From Polyangiaceae bacterium (GTDB taxonomy: Bacteria; Myxococcota_A; Polyangia; Polyangiales; Polyangiaceae), in NCBI GenBank assembly GCA_965222375.1, contig CBDCTZ010000013.1:416001-480000 (forward strand): a stretch of DNA of 64,000 nucleotides, read 5' to 3'. The notes beneath the pieces are model-generated. The model saw only the letters and a program-made list of their open reading frames with translations. It was not told the DNA's origin and did not search any database. The stretch's first letter is position 1; the number at the start of each line of letters is the position of its first letter. This document shows, one piece after another, positions 39,345 through 48,959 of the stretch. The translations under genes and the position numbers were made by a program.

Positions 39345-40190
39345 ACTGCCGCCCGCGAACTCGGCGTCGGCCAAGCGACGGTCAGTCGGCGCTTGGCGGA
39401 GATGGAAGAACGGCTGGGCCAGCAGCTGTTTGCACGCAGCGTCGAAGGCACCTCCCTCACCCCAACCGCCGAAGCCATGCTCGAGCCCGCCCGGCGCATG
39501 GCCGAGACCGCCGGGGAGATCGCACGCTTCGCCGAGCGTGGTGACTCGGCACCCCAGGGCGTCGTCCGCCTCACCGCCCCCCCCCCCGGGATCGCCTTCG
39601 ACTTCGTCGCACCCTTCGCGGCATCTCTTCGAACCCGCTTGCCGGAAGTACGACTCGAAGTGCGATCGGCAATCCAATATCTCGACCTATCCCGACGCGA
39701 GGCCGATCTCGCGCTGCGCATGCGACCCTCCAACGAACGCGATCTGGTGAACGTCGCGAGTCTCCAGCACGAAGGCGCCGCCTTTGCTTCCCACGCCTAC
39801 CGCAAGGGATTGCCCAAGGGCTACGGTATCGCAGACATCGACTGGATCGCTTGGGCGCCCCCGTTCGAATCCCTGTCACCCAATCCGGAGCTCGCCAGCT
39901 TGATCCCCAATTTCCGGCCTGCCTTCGCCTCGGACGACTTCTTGGTACAACTCTCCGCTGCAACCGCGGGGGTGGGCGCGATGTTTCTCAGTCGATTGCG
40001 GCATCCGTACTCCGTCGATCGCGGCCTGTGCGAGCTCGATCTCGATCTGGGCGACAAGGCGAAAGGCGCCACGCACCTCATCTGCACAAAGAGCGCCCTG
40101 GACATCCCCCGCATCCGCGCTGTCGCGGATCTGCTCCGCGACGACTTCTCCAAAACCCAGGCCAATTCGAGGGACAATGAAGGTAGCTAG
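39345..40190 (+). pseudogene. 5'-truncated LysR family regulator
   Basis: Begins inside the HTH (AARELGVGQATVSRRLAEMEERLGQQLFAR); DLSRREADLALR; first HTH helix and start codon absent. Confidence 0.85.
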
Positions 40191-40237
40191 GGCCGATCAG
40201 CGATGACGCGACTCGGCTACACATGCTGCGTCCACTC

Positions 40238-40567
40238 TCAGTTCCGAGCGCCGTCTCCGCTCGCTTCTAGGCCACCATCACCCAGGGCCAGCGTGATGGG
40301 TGCCATGCCGTGGGTCTGAACTAGATCCCGCTGCTCAGAAGGGTCCACGCTTCGCCCCCGGCCGCTTCGGACAACCAAAGCGAAGACGGCCGCAAAAGCC
40401 ACTGCCGACACGCCGACGGCGAGGGTCCGCGTTCGTCGTCGCCCGGCGATCCACCGCGCCGTCACCGTCCGCTGCACCCGGGCATCGCGCTCGTGCCCCC
40501 AAGATGGCTCGGCCCTTCCGGCCCGGAGTGCGAGTTTGCTCAGACGTTCGCTAATGGGTTCGTTCAT
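40238..40567 (-). pseudogene. Truncated FecR-type anti-sigma factor
   Basis: Follows the ECF sigma; N-terminal helix, RRR + TM, then stops shortly after LALGDG where a FecR domain normally starts. Confidence 0.6.
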
Positions 40568-40576
40568 CGTGGTCAC

Positions 40577-41116
40577 TCAGGGCTTGCCAAGTAGCCGCTC
40601 AAGGCGGGTTTGTGCTTCTTGGATGCGTCTCTTGGTGGTGGACAGAGAGGTACGAGTGTTGTCTGCAACCTCGGGCAAGGTCATCTGCTCGACGTGCCGC
40701 AGGCTCCAAGGGATCCTCACCGAGGCCGGCAGCCGGCCCAAAGCATCGTAGAGTTCGTGAGCCGCTGCGCGTGAGGAAGTCACGCCCACGAACGCACTGA
40801 GCTCGGAAAACTGATCGACGATGAATCGACGGCGGCGCTGTGCCGCAAGGTGCCGGTGCACACGTCGCACGGCGATACTGACGAGCCACGGCCGGAGAGA
40901 CTCGCTTTGGCGCAACGCTCCAATGGCTCGCGCCGCGTCGAGAAACGCCTCCTGGACGACGTCTTCGAGATCGGCATCGTCGCCGAGCAACCGAAACACC
41001 ACGCCCGCTAGATAGCGCGAGTGCAGTGCGTACAGTCTGCGGAACGCGGCAGCGTCATCCTGCTGTGCCCGCTTGATTAGTACTGCCTCGTCGAGGCTCT
41101 TCACGAGGGAAGTCAA
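40577..41116 (-). CDS. ECF sigma-70 factor
   Basis: AFRRLY, EDVVQEAFL, PWLVSIA, region 4 LPEVA...STTKRRI; GGGGAG before the TTG start. Confidence 0.92.
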   Translation of the reverse strand: MTSLVKSLDEAVLIKRAQQDDAAAFRRLYALHSRYLAGVVFRLLGDDADLEDVVQEAFLDAARAIGALRQSESLRPWLVSIAVRRVHRHLAAQRRRRFIVDQFSELSAFVGVTSSRAAAHELYDALGRLPASVRIPWSLRHVEQMTLPEVADNTRTSLSTTKRRIQEAQTRLERLLGKP

Positions 41117-41220
41117 GGCTCTCCCCTATAATAGAGGCGGGGCGGCAACCCGTCCGGTCCAAAAATCTTTCGCCGACGGCTTTTTGAGCTGAGCGGTCCC
41201 CGAAAAGGACTCTTCTTTGA

Positions 41221-43416
41221 GTGCGGATTCGACCCCTGGCTGCTCTCGGAGCTCTGGCCCTTCTGGCGATAAGCGCCCTCTTTCTTGGCGAAGGATTGAC
41301 CAATCTGGGGTTCTGGGAGCCCATGGAGCTCGCTTCCGCCGATCATGCCTTGGGCGTGTCGACCCATGTCTTCGGCACTCACCCGCCGGACGAGCTTCGC
41401 GTCCCGCGGCCGAATCTGGACGACCTCGGCCGAGGCGAACTGAGTGCGGATCTGATGGCCCTCGGCTTCCGAGTGTTCGGCGTCTCCGAACTAGCACCAC
41501 GAATCCCTTTGGTGGCATTCGGACTGCTTGGCGCCCTCGCCCTCGGGCTCCTGCTGGCGCGCTTCGCGGACGTCCGGACCGCGGTGTACGGCGTGTTGCT
41601 GCTGGTCGCGACACCGCTGTACTTCGTGCAAGCGCGAACCCTGGGCAGTGAAATCGTCACCACTGGGCTGGTCTCAATCAGCGTCGCCACGCTTTCCCTT
41701 GCCGTGATGAGCCCGCTCATGTCCCAGAGCCGGCGGGGAATCGCTGCGGCTCTCGGCATGATCTGCTGTGGGCTCGCAGTGTTGGATCGCGGTCTGCTGT
41801 TTGGGATCAGCGTGCCGACCCTCGCAGTGGGCGGCGGGTGGCTGCTCTGTCGCGCGGACGCAGAACAGCGCGATCGCCTTGGGGCCCGCTTGGGTCTGGC
41901 CTGCATCGCCGTCGGCGCCATCGCCGCAATCGTCGCAGCCGGCGCGCTGACGGTCGCCGCGCCCGGTCGTACGTCCCGCCTGCTGGGCTCGATCGTCTTG
42001 GATACCGCGGTCCGCCACGCCACCTTTGACGCAGTCTTTTCCCAGCTGGGCCACGCGCTGTTCCCACTCAGCGCTGTCCTTCCCTTCGCCTTGGCCATCG
42101 TGCTGACGCCGTTTCCAGAAAACGCTGAGGCAACCGAAAACTTTCGCGGACGCAGCCAACTACGAGCGGTGCTGGCCCTAACCACCATTGGTGCGTTCGC
42201 AGCTCATAGCTTTACCGCGGGACGACTCGGTCCCCTCACATTCATGGCGTCACCGGCACTGGCGGGCTTGACCGCAATGGCACTCCGAGATCTGGAAGAG
42301 AGACGCGCGGCGCTGCCGCTACTTGGGCTCTTGACCGTGGCGGTGTTGACCGTCTTGCTGCGAGATCTTGACCGACTGCCAGAGAAACTACTCACGCCGT
42401 TCCTGCCGGACGTGTCTGGCCTGCATGCCTCCGCGGGAGCTTCGACTCGCCACTGGACGCCGATTGCCGGCGCGATCTTCGGGGCATCCTGCTTACTTGG
42501 GCTGCTCTTGCCGCACGGCTGGGTTCGAAATCACTACAAGCTGCGAGGGGTGTGCGTGATGATAGGCTGTTTGTTCTCGGGCGGGATCCTGCGTTGGACC
42601 GTCTACGCGCCTCTCGCTGCGCAAGTGTCGCCACGCGAGGCCCTGACGCGGTACCGAAGCCTAGCCCAGAGCAAGGAACTGCTCGGTTTGCTGGGTGTGA
42701 GCTCGCGTTCGGCAGCCTATGCTGGTTCTGCAAGCGACTTCGTCGCGGCACGCCCCGTCGACGCCGTTGGTTGGCTCAACGCCTCGTCGGCGCGGCGATA
42801 CCTGGCCTTCCGAAGCGACCAACTACCACAGCTCAACGCGGCCTATCGAAACGCACAGCGGAAGCGGAAAAACCTACCGGTCGTCGGAACACGCTCCGGC
42901 CACGTTTTGCTGGGCGCAAACACGCTCCCGACTGGGCTGGCGAACGAAAACCCTCTCGAAAAGGTCGTACTGGCTCGGCGGCCCATGCCCCAGCACCCAG
43001 TCGGCGCAACTATCGGCGGCCGGGTTGCGCTGCTGGGTTGGGACCTGACGGACTCCCAGGGTCGAAGCCTCCCGGGTGCCGTCTCGAATCGGCGATTTCG
43101 CATTAGCGTTTACTATCGCGTGCTGAAGGGACCCATCAGCGGCGCCTGCACATTCCTGCACATCGACCACACGCCAACGCGCTATGCGCGCGAGGATCGC
43201 GAGTTCGCCAAGTACCCCTTCGGGCTCTGGCGCACCGGCGACTTCATCGCAGAGCGCGTCCAAGTGGAGTTGTCCCCCAACTTCACAGCGGGACAGTACT
43301 CGGTGTTTGCGGGCTTCGGCGTGCTGCCATGTTCGGACAGTCGCCGCCTACCGGTCGCGCGCGGGCAACATGATGGTCAAAACCGCGTTCGCCTCGGCCG
43401 CATCGCAATTGAGTAG
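41221..43416 (+). CDS. ArnT/PMT-like GT-C membrane protein with C-terminal extracytoplasmic domain
   Basis: FRVFGVSELAPRIP, PLYFVQAR, QLGHALFP, many TM segments; C-terminal beta domain (LLGWD...VYYRV...WRTGD). Confidence 0.8.
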   Translation: MRIRPLAALGALALLAISALFLGEGLTNLGFWEPMELASADHALGVSTHVFGTHPPDELRVPRPNLDDLGRGELSADLMALGFRVFGVSELAPRIPLVAFGLLGALALGLLLARFADVRTAVYGVLLLVATPLYFVQARTLGSEIVTTGLVSISVATLSLAVMSPLMSQSRRGIAAALGMICCGLAVLDRGLLFGISVPTLAVGGGWLLCRADAEQRDRLGARLGLACIAVGAIAAIVAAGALTVAAPGRTSRLLGSIVLDTAVRHATFDAVFSQLGHALFPLSAVLPFALAIVLTPFPENAEATENFRGRSQLRAVLALTTIGAFAAHSFTAGRLGPLTFMASPALAGLTAMALRDLEERRAALPLLGLLTVAVLTVLLRDLDRLPEKLLTPFLPDVSGLHASAGASTRHWTPIAGAIFGASCLLGLLLPHGWVRNHYKLRGVCVMIGCLFSGGILRWTVYAPLAAQVSPREALTRYRSLAQSKELLGLLGVSSRSAAYAGSASDFVAARPVDAVGWLNASSARRYLAFRSDQLPQLNAAYRNAQRKRKNLPVVGTRSGHVLLGANTLPTGLANENPLEKVVLARRPMPQHPVGATIGGRVALLGWDLTDSQGRSLPGAVSNRRFRISVYYRVLKGPISGACTFLHIDHTPTRYAREDREFAKYPFGLWRTGDFIAERVQVELSPNFTAGQYSVFAGFGVLPCSDSRRLPVARGQHDGQNRVRLGRIAIE

Positions 43417-43421
43417 CTGTC

Positions 43422-46061
43422 ATGAACGCCGTGCCGACTGACGATACCGCAATCCCGACAGCCCCGCTGCATGGCTGGAGGGCACGCTTACTCGCGGCAA
43501 CCGTGGCGCTGTCATGTGCAGTCCTGATTCTCTTCTTGTTGGCGGCAAACGTAGGTTGGAGGTTCACCGCAGCCTGGGGATTGGCCGCGATGGTGCTGAT
43601 GTGCATCGCTACGCTTCACGCTCTGGGGGCATTCGCAGCGACCGGGGCATGCACACGCCAGGTGGAAGCCCGCGAGACCGGTCCGTCGCTCCGCCGGGCG
43701 TTGGGTGGCATCGCGTCGTTCTGGGTAGCCGTGGTCTCGTCAACAAACGGTGTCTTGCCGCCCTGGGCAAGCGCCGTGCTCGTGCCGGCCACGGCGATCC
43801 TCGCCGCTACATGCGTGTTCTCCTTCGGTCGAGCCATCGGCATGTGGAGCATCCGCGACGGCAGCCCAGCGCGCCCGATTCATCGCCGACACGGGTTCTG
43901 GTTGGTGGTGTTGGCGTGTACCGTCGCATTGCCCAGCCTAGGGAGCTTCAGCCTGACTGATCCGTGGGAGACTCACTACGGGGAAGTAGCTCGCGAGATG
44001 TTATCGCGACGCGACTTCATCTCTACCTGGTGGGCGCACCAAAGTTGGTTCATGTCCAAGCCGGTCCTGACGTTCTGGGCGCAGGCATTGTCCATGTCAG
44101 TGTTCGGCGTGCGCAGCGCCCCCGGCGCGATGCTCAACGGCGACTGGGGTCAACTCGCCAACCCCGAGTGGGCGCTCCGAATGCCGTCATTCTTGCTGGC
44201 CTTGCTGGGCAGTACAATTCTATACCGCGCAATAGCGCAGTCCGTAGGTCGCTGGGCGGGACTCTTGGCCGGGTTGGCGATTTGGACCGCGCCCCAGTGG
44301 CTGCTGATCTCCGAGCAGGCCGTGACCGACATGGTCCTCGTCGGACCGCTTTGCGGCTCGATGGGCCTATTCATTCTTGCCCTCAACACGCCACCCGAGG
44401 AGCTGGTACGGGCCACCTCGATAAGGCTCGGGCGAGGATGCTTTCGCCTGCATCTTGGTCACCTCGTGATGGCTGGTGTGCTGGCCTGCGTCGTCCCACA
44501 GCTTCTCAACCTCCTGTCGATGCACATAGAAGTCGACTTGCGAGGCTCATGGTCAAGCGTCCGTTTTCACGCGGATGAGTTGCTCGCTGGTTCGCCCGGC
44601 AACTGCGGCCTTGCAGGACAGCCTGTCTGCCGTTCCGTGGCCGTCGCTCACAAGGCCCTAGAACCCTGGCTTCAGGCCGCGCTGTGGGGGGGAGTATTGG
44701 TGGCGCTGTTGCCTGCGTTGCAGCGGCAGGAAGGTCGCCGATCGATTCTGCTGACCGGAGCATGGCTCCTCGCAGCCGTGGCGGCGGCAGCCAAGGGATT
44801 GGTCGGCATCGCACTCCCGCTTGGCACGGTTTGCATCACGCTCGCAGCAGCGGGGCGCTGGCGCGACTTGTGGCGATTGCATTGGGTGCGAGGGCTGGCG
44901 ATTGTCGCTCTGGCCGTCGGGCCTTGGTACTTGGCAATGCATGCGAGACACGGCCGGCTGTTCATTGATGAATTGGTCTTACGCCACATGATCAGTCGCA
45001 CGCTCTCGCATCTGCACGACACGAACGTGGGCATCGACGTCAGCTTCCGCTACTACGTCTGGCAGCTCGGCTACGCGCTGTTTCCTTGGGTGGGGCTCGC
45101 GCCAGCGGCGCTGCTGGTTGCGGCCAACCGTCAACGTGGAGCGCCTCGAGCACAACTGACATCGCACTTCTTGTTGACGTGGTTCGTCCTCGCTTTCGCC
45201 CTGGTGTCGTCAATGTTCACCAAGTTCCATCACTATATCTTCCCGGCGGTGCCACCGGTGGCAGCGCTGATCGGGGTCTTCCTCTCGCGCATTTTTCAAC
45301 CGAAAACGGCGGAGCTCGCCAGGCCCGAGCTGAACGGACGCTCGGACAGCGCGCTCGGAGTGCTCGCCATCGGCGGCGCCGTGTTGGTCGCACGCGTTGG
45401 CTACGATCTAACGGTTGATGGCTCAGCCGGAGGCGTTGATGGCCCTACACGGTTCATGCAGCTGTTCACTTACAACTACCGTCGCCCATGGCCGGATCAC
45501 TTGGAGTTCGGTCTGCATGTGCTTGTAGCGACCGTCGTCGCGACTACGCTGACGCTGATGATCGCGATCCCGAAGTGGCGTGGCTGGATACTGACGGCGG
45601 CGACAGTCGGCAGTCTTTGCTTCGGCCTGTGGCTTGCCAACAGTTACTTGCCGCGTTCGGCACCCCACTATGGCCAGCGCACCGTGATGGATGCGTTCTA
45701 CCTTAGTCGTACTAACGCGCAGCAGCCCCTCGTCGCTTATCAGCTCAATTGGAAGGGCGAGAACTTCTACACTGGCAACCACGCTGTGCTCTTCGTCTCG
45801 AGCGGTGCCAAGTTCGTCAAGTACATGGAGCATCAAGCAGCCTCAGGCCAACATGTATTGCTAGTTGCCCTGGAGCACGGCAGGCTGGCCACTCTCCGGC
45901 GAGAGGTGGGTGCGCTGGGTAGCGTCGAAAAAGTCACCTCACGTCTGGATAGCAATCAATTCTGCTTGGCACGCGTCACCCTTTACCAACCGCCCACAGC
46001 TCAGCGAAGCGAGCGTTGCGAGGCAAGGTGGGAGTCGGCTGGCTGCCCATCACCACGGTAA
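43422..46061 (+). CDS. ArnT/GT39-like GT-C glycosyltransferase
   Basis: DPWETHYGEVAREM, SKPVLTFW, EWALRMP, AKGLVG, TKFHHYIFP. Confidence 0.88.
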   Translation: MNAVPTDDTAIPTAPLHGWRARLLAATVALSCAVLILFLLAANVGWRFTAAWGLAAMVLMCIATLHALGAFAATGACTRQVEARETGPSLRRALGGIASFWVAVVSSTNGVLPPWASAVLVPATAILAATCVFSFGRAIGMWSIRDGSPARPIHRRHGFWLVVLACTVALPSLGSFSLTDPWETHYGEVAREMLSRRDFISTWWAHQSWFMSKPVLTFWAQALSMSVFGVRSAPGAMLNGDWGQLANPEWALRMPSFLLALLGSTILYRAIAQSVGRWAGLLAGLAIWTAPQWLLISEQAVTDMVLVGPLCGSMGLFILALNTPPEELVRATSIRLGRGCFRLHLGHLVMAGVLACVVPQLLNLLSMHIEVDLRGSWSSVRFHADELLAGSPGNCGLAGQPVCRSVAVAHKALEPWLQAALWGGVLVALLPALQRQEGRRSILLTGAWLLAAVAAAAKGLVGIALPLGTVCITLAAAGRWRDLWRLHWVRGLAIVALAVGPWYLAMHARHGRLFIDELVLRHMISRTLSHLHDTNVGIDVSFRYYVWQLGYALFPWVGLAPAALLVAANRQRGAPRAQLTSHFLLTWFVLAFALVSSMFTKFHHYIFPAVPPVAALIGVFLSRIFQPKTAELARPELNGRSDSALGVLAIGGAVLVARVGYDLTVDGSAGGVDGPTRFMQLFTYNYRRPWPDHLEFGLHVLVATVVATTLTLMIAIPKWRGWILTAATVGSLCFGLWLANSYLPRSAPHYGQRTVMDAFYLSRTNAQQPLVAYQLNWKGENFYTGNHAVLFVSSGAKFVKYMEHQAASGQHVLLVALEHGRLATLRREVGALGSVEKVTSRLDSNQFCLARVTLYQPPTAQRSERCEARWESAGCPSPR

Positions 46062-46766
46062 GCTGGCGGAGTGAGCGCGCGCGATTTGGTGTGTGCGACC
46101 TACCTAGGATTGATCATCGGTCCCGAAGAGCGTGAACGTCGACCGCGCCGTCGCCAGCGTCATCGCCATCTTTTTCGGGATCCCGCTTTGGCATGCGGCC
46201 CTCGACCCCGCTTCAGTTCAAGACTTGTGCGCTACGGCCCTCGAAACCGTGTGGGCGGGGCTACGCGCTGGCAGCTAGAAGCCCCTGAGTGGCGCCGCAG
46301 GGACCGGAGTGCGCGGGATTGGCGTCGACAGGGAAGGCGCATCACCGTCATGATGTAATGAAGTCTAGCCGTGTCCCTCCGCAGCCTTGCCGCACACTGG
46401 CGGGCAAACCGCCCAAGTTTCGCTACTGCCACGCCAACGCACCGGTGAGCGGAACTTGCGTGTCCTGGCCTTCAGTAACCCAAGGCTACTGCTGCGCGCT
46501 ATAGAACGCCTCACGCTCGCGTCGATGCGGCCGTGCGGAACGCGTGGGGAACGACCGGCCAAGGCGGACGAAAAGCCCGTCGATTCCTCTTGACGAATTC
46601 AAGCGCTTCCGAAATCACGTGAAGTTTGCGCGTTCCGGCCGATTCATCAATGCGTGCGCGCAACCCGTGCGGAGATTCGCTGCCAGATCCAAAACCCGCA
46701 GCCGCGTGCAAGTTGATCGAGCGCATGTGTGTATACTGATCGCTTCCGCATCAGGAGGAGACGAGG

Positions 46767-47741
46767 ATGGGATCGAAGGGAAACGGCGGCCTAACGGAAA
46801 CCGCGCAAGCGGGTGAACCGGAAGAAGTCCTGGCTGGCGTAGTGGCCGCAGAGACGGAAGAAGAGTTGGTGACCGCAAAGTCGAAGGACGCCAGCAAGCG
46901 ACTTTCGCAATCCGACCTGCGCCGCGTCACTTCCCGAGAGGGTCTGATCGAACTCCTGCGCTCCCGAAAGGTGGATCTCAAGAAGGTCGTGGGCGTTTTG
47001 CGCTACGAAGAGGATCTCGCCCTGCTTCAGGTCGAACTCGTCAAGCTGCAACGCTGGACGGAGAAGCACGGCAAGCGCATTGCCATCTTGTTCGAGGGCC
47101 GAGACGCCGCCGGCAAGGGCGGCACCATTCGCCGCTTCACCGAACATCTCAATCCCCGCGCCCTGCGCGTCGTCGCATTGCCCAAGCCCACCAAAGAAGA
47201 ACAGGGCCAATGGTACTTCCAGCGCTACACGCAGCAACTGCCCAAACCGGGCGAACTCGTGTTCTTCGATCGCAGTTGGTACAACCGGGCTGTCGTCGAG
47301 CCGGTCAACAAGTTCTGCAACCGCGCTCAATACGACACCTTCATCCGGCAAGTGCCCGAGTTCGAGCACATGCTCTACGAAGATGGGATGCACATCATCA
47401 AGTTCTGGTTTTCCATCTCTAAGCAGGAACAACAAGAGCGCTTCGACTCACGCCGCAAGAATCCTCTCAAGCAGTGGAAGCTCAGCCCTGTGGACGACCG
47501 CGCCCAAGAGCTCTGGGATGAGTACACCCGCTACAAAGAGGAGATGTTCGCCCGCACCCATACCTCTTTCAGCCCCTGGGTGATCGTCAAAGCGAACAAC
47601 AAGAAGCGCGCACGGCTCGCCGCCATCCGCCACGTGTTGAGCCTCTTCGACTACGATGGCAAAGAAGATGCGGCGATCGCTCTTACCCCGGATCCGAACC
47701 TGGTTGGGCGCTTCCACCGCCGCGCCAAGATCATCGACTAG
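46767..47741 (+). CDS. ppk2: Polyphosphate kinase 2
   Basis: FEGRDAAGKGG Walker A, QWYFQRY, FDRSWYNR, KQWKLSPVD; AGGAGG RBS. Confidence 0.96.
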   Translation: MGSKGNGGLTETAQAGEPEEVLAGVVAAETEEELVTAKSKDASKRLSQSDLRRVTSREGLIELLRSRKVDLKKVVGVLRYEEDLALLQVELVKLQRWTEKHGKRIAILFEGRDAAGKGGTIRRFTEHLNPRALRVVALPKPTKEEQGQWYFQRYTQQLPKPGELVFFDRSWYNRAVVEPVNKFCNRAQYDTFIRQVPEFEHMLYEDGMHIIKFWFSISKQEQQERFDSRRKNPLKQWKLSPVDDRAQELWDEYTRYKEEMFARTHTSFSPWVIVKANNKKRARLAAIRHVLSLFDYDGKEDAAIALTPDPNLVGRFHRRAKIID

Positions 47742-47809
47742 ATAAGCTGAGGGCGCGCTCAACATTGCGCGTTTTTGGAGCTCAACCCAGCGCGGAGGGC
47801 AGTGCGCGC

Positions 47810-48883
47810 CTACCCGACAAGGCGCGAGGTTTCGTCACCCTGAGCGGACAGGCGTTCGACGATTTCCGTCAGCTCGAAGGGCTTGTAGATGCAGCCGAGC
47901 ACGCGCTCGGCCACGGCGTCGGGGATGCGATTGGCCGAGCCGCTGATCAGCCACATGCGAACTGACTCACCCTTGCTCGCAATTCGATTCAGCGCTTCTG
48001 TGGGGTCGCCAGCGATAGGCGACAAATCTACCAAGGCAACGTGGATATCCGACAGGTGTTCGATGTCCTCCGCACAGTCGATACAGTGCACCTTTGCGCC
48101 GCGAGAGGACAGGCCGAGATCCAGCAACGCACGGACGGCAGCGTCGTCTTCCAGCACGGCGACCCGCATGCCATCGAGGGAGGCGCGACGCGGTGCTACA
48201 TGCCGGGCACCGCTGGGAGTATCCGTGGTCGGCCACAGCAGCTGAAAGCACGCCCCGGTGCCCGACGCGCCCAGGCGCAGCTGGCCTCCCAGGCTCTCGG
48301 TCAAACGATGGGAATGCGGCAAGCCGAGGCCCACACCACCGGGGCGAGTGGAGTGGCGCTCCTGAAAGATTGTGGAAGCGCGAGCTTCGTCGACGCCAGG
48401 TCCCTGGTCTTGAACAGTGAATTGCACGCAGCCGGAGTCGTCGTCGACGAGCTGAACCTCCAGCAAGACTTCGCTGTCGTCGGGGGAGAAGGCTACGGCG
48501 TTGAGCAGCAAGTTCAGCAGCACCTCCATGGCGGAGCTGGGATGGGGCAGGAGCACTTCGGCATCCCGGGGTGCCTCCACGCGCACTCGAACGCCCTTGC
48601 CCGCCGCCTGCGGCTCCACGGCGCGGGCCACGGCTAGTGCAAGATCGCTCGCATCCCGCTCCGGATCTCCCGGGCACTCGGCGCCCAGGGCCGAGCGCGC
48701 CAGGCGGCGCCCTAGTTCTGCGTGAGTGCGCGCAACTTCGATCGCAGCGGCGGCATCGTGGTTGGTGGCGCGGCCTCGAGCCAACTCCAGCCAACCCACG
48801 ACGACCGTGAGCGCATTCGACACCTCGTGCAGAGCCGACGCGAGATCCGCGCCGTCGTCCGAATCACCGTCGCCCAGCTTCAC
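47810..48883 (-). CDS. Hybrid histidine kinase/receiver lacking a sensor domain
   Basis: LHEVSNAL H-box near N-terminus, NLLLNA, DQGPG, GVGLGL, REC (LEDD...LVD...KPF). Confidence 0.88.
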   Translation of the reverse strand: MKLGDGDSDDGADLASALHEVSNALTVVVGWLELARGRATNHDAAAAIEVARTHAELGRRLARSALGAECPGDPERDASDLALAVARAVEPQAAGKGVRVRVEAPRDAEVLLPHPSSAMEVLLNLLLNAVAFSPDDSEVLLEVQLVDDDSGCVQFTVQDQGPGVDEARASTIFQERHSTRPGGVGLGLPHSHRLTESLGGQLRLGASGTGACFQLLWPTTDTPSGARHVAPRRASLDGMRVAVLEDDAAVRALLDLGLSSRGAKVHCIDCAEDIEHLSDIHVALVDLSPIAGDPTEALNRIASKGESVRMWLISGSANRIPDAVAERVLGCIYKPFELTEIVERLSAQGDETSRLVG

Positions 48884-48959
48884 ACAGAACAGAATATTAC
48901 ACCCTGGGGCGAAGAGCCAGGAGCAGGAAAACCAAGGCTAATAGTCTGTTGGTCCGGGG

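Noticed and set aside
38919..39677. Genuinely overlapping antisense genes as implied by the ORF track
   Set aside because: The extensions are antisense run-through of the partner gene; a deletion junction explains them better
41127..41132. TATAAT as a sigma70 -10 for the GT-C operon
   Set aside because: No matching -35 at the right spacing; it lies next to the RBS of the opposite-strand sigma gene
46062..46766. 700-bp gap before ppk2: ncRNA, small Cys-rich ORF (46289-46504) or promoter
   Set aside because: ORFs lack RBS and motifs; TTGATC and TATACT are only 13 bp apart; no recognisable RNA structure
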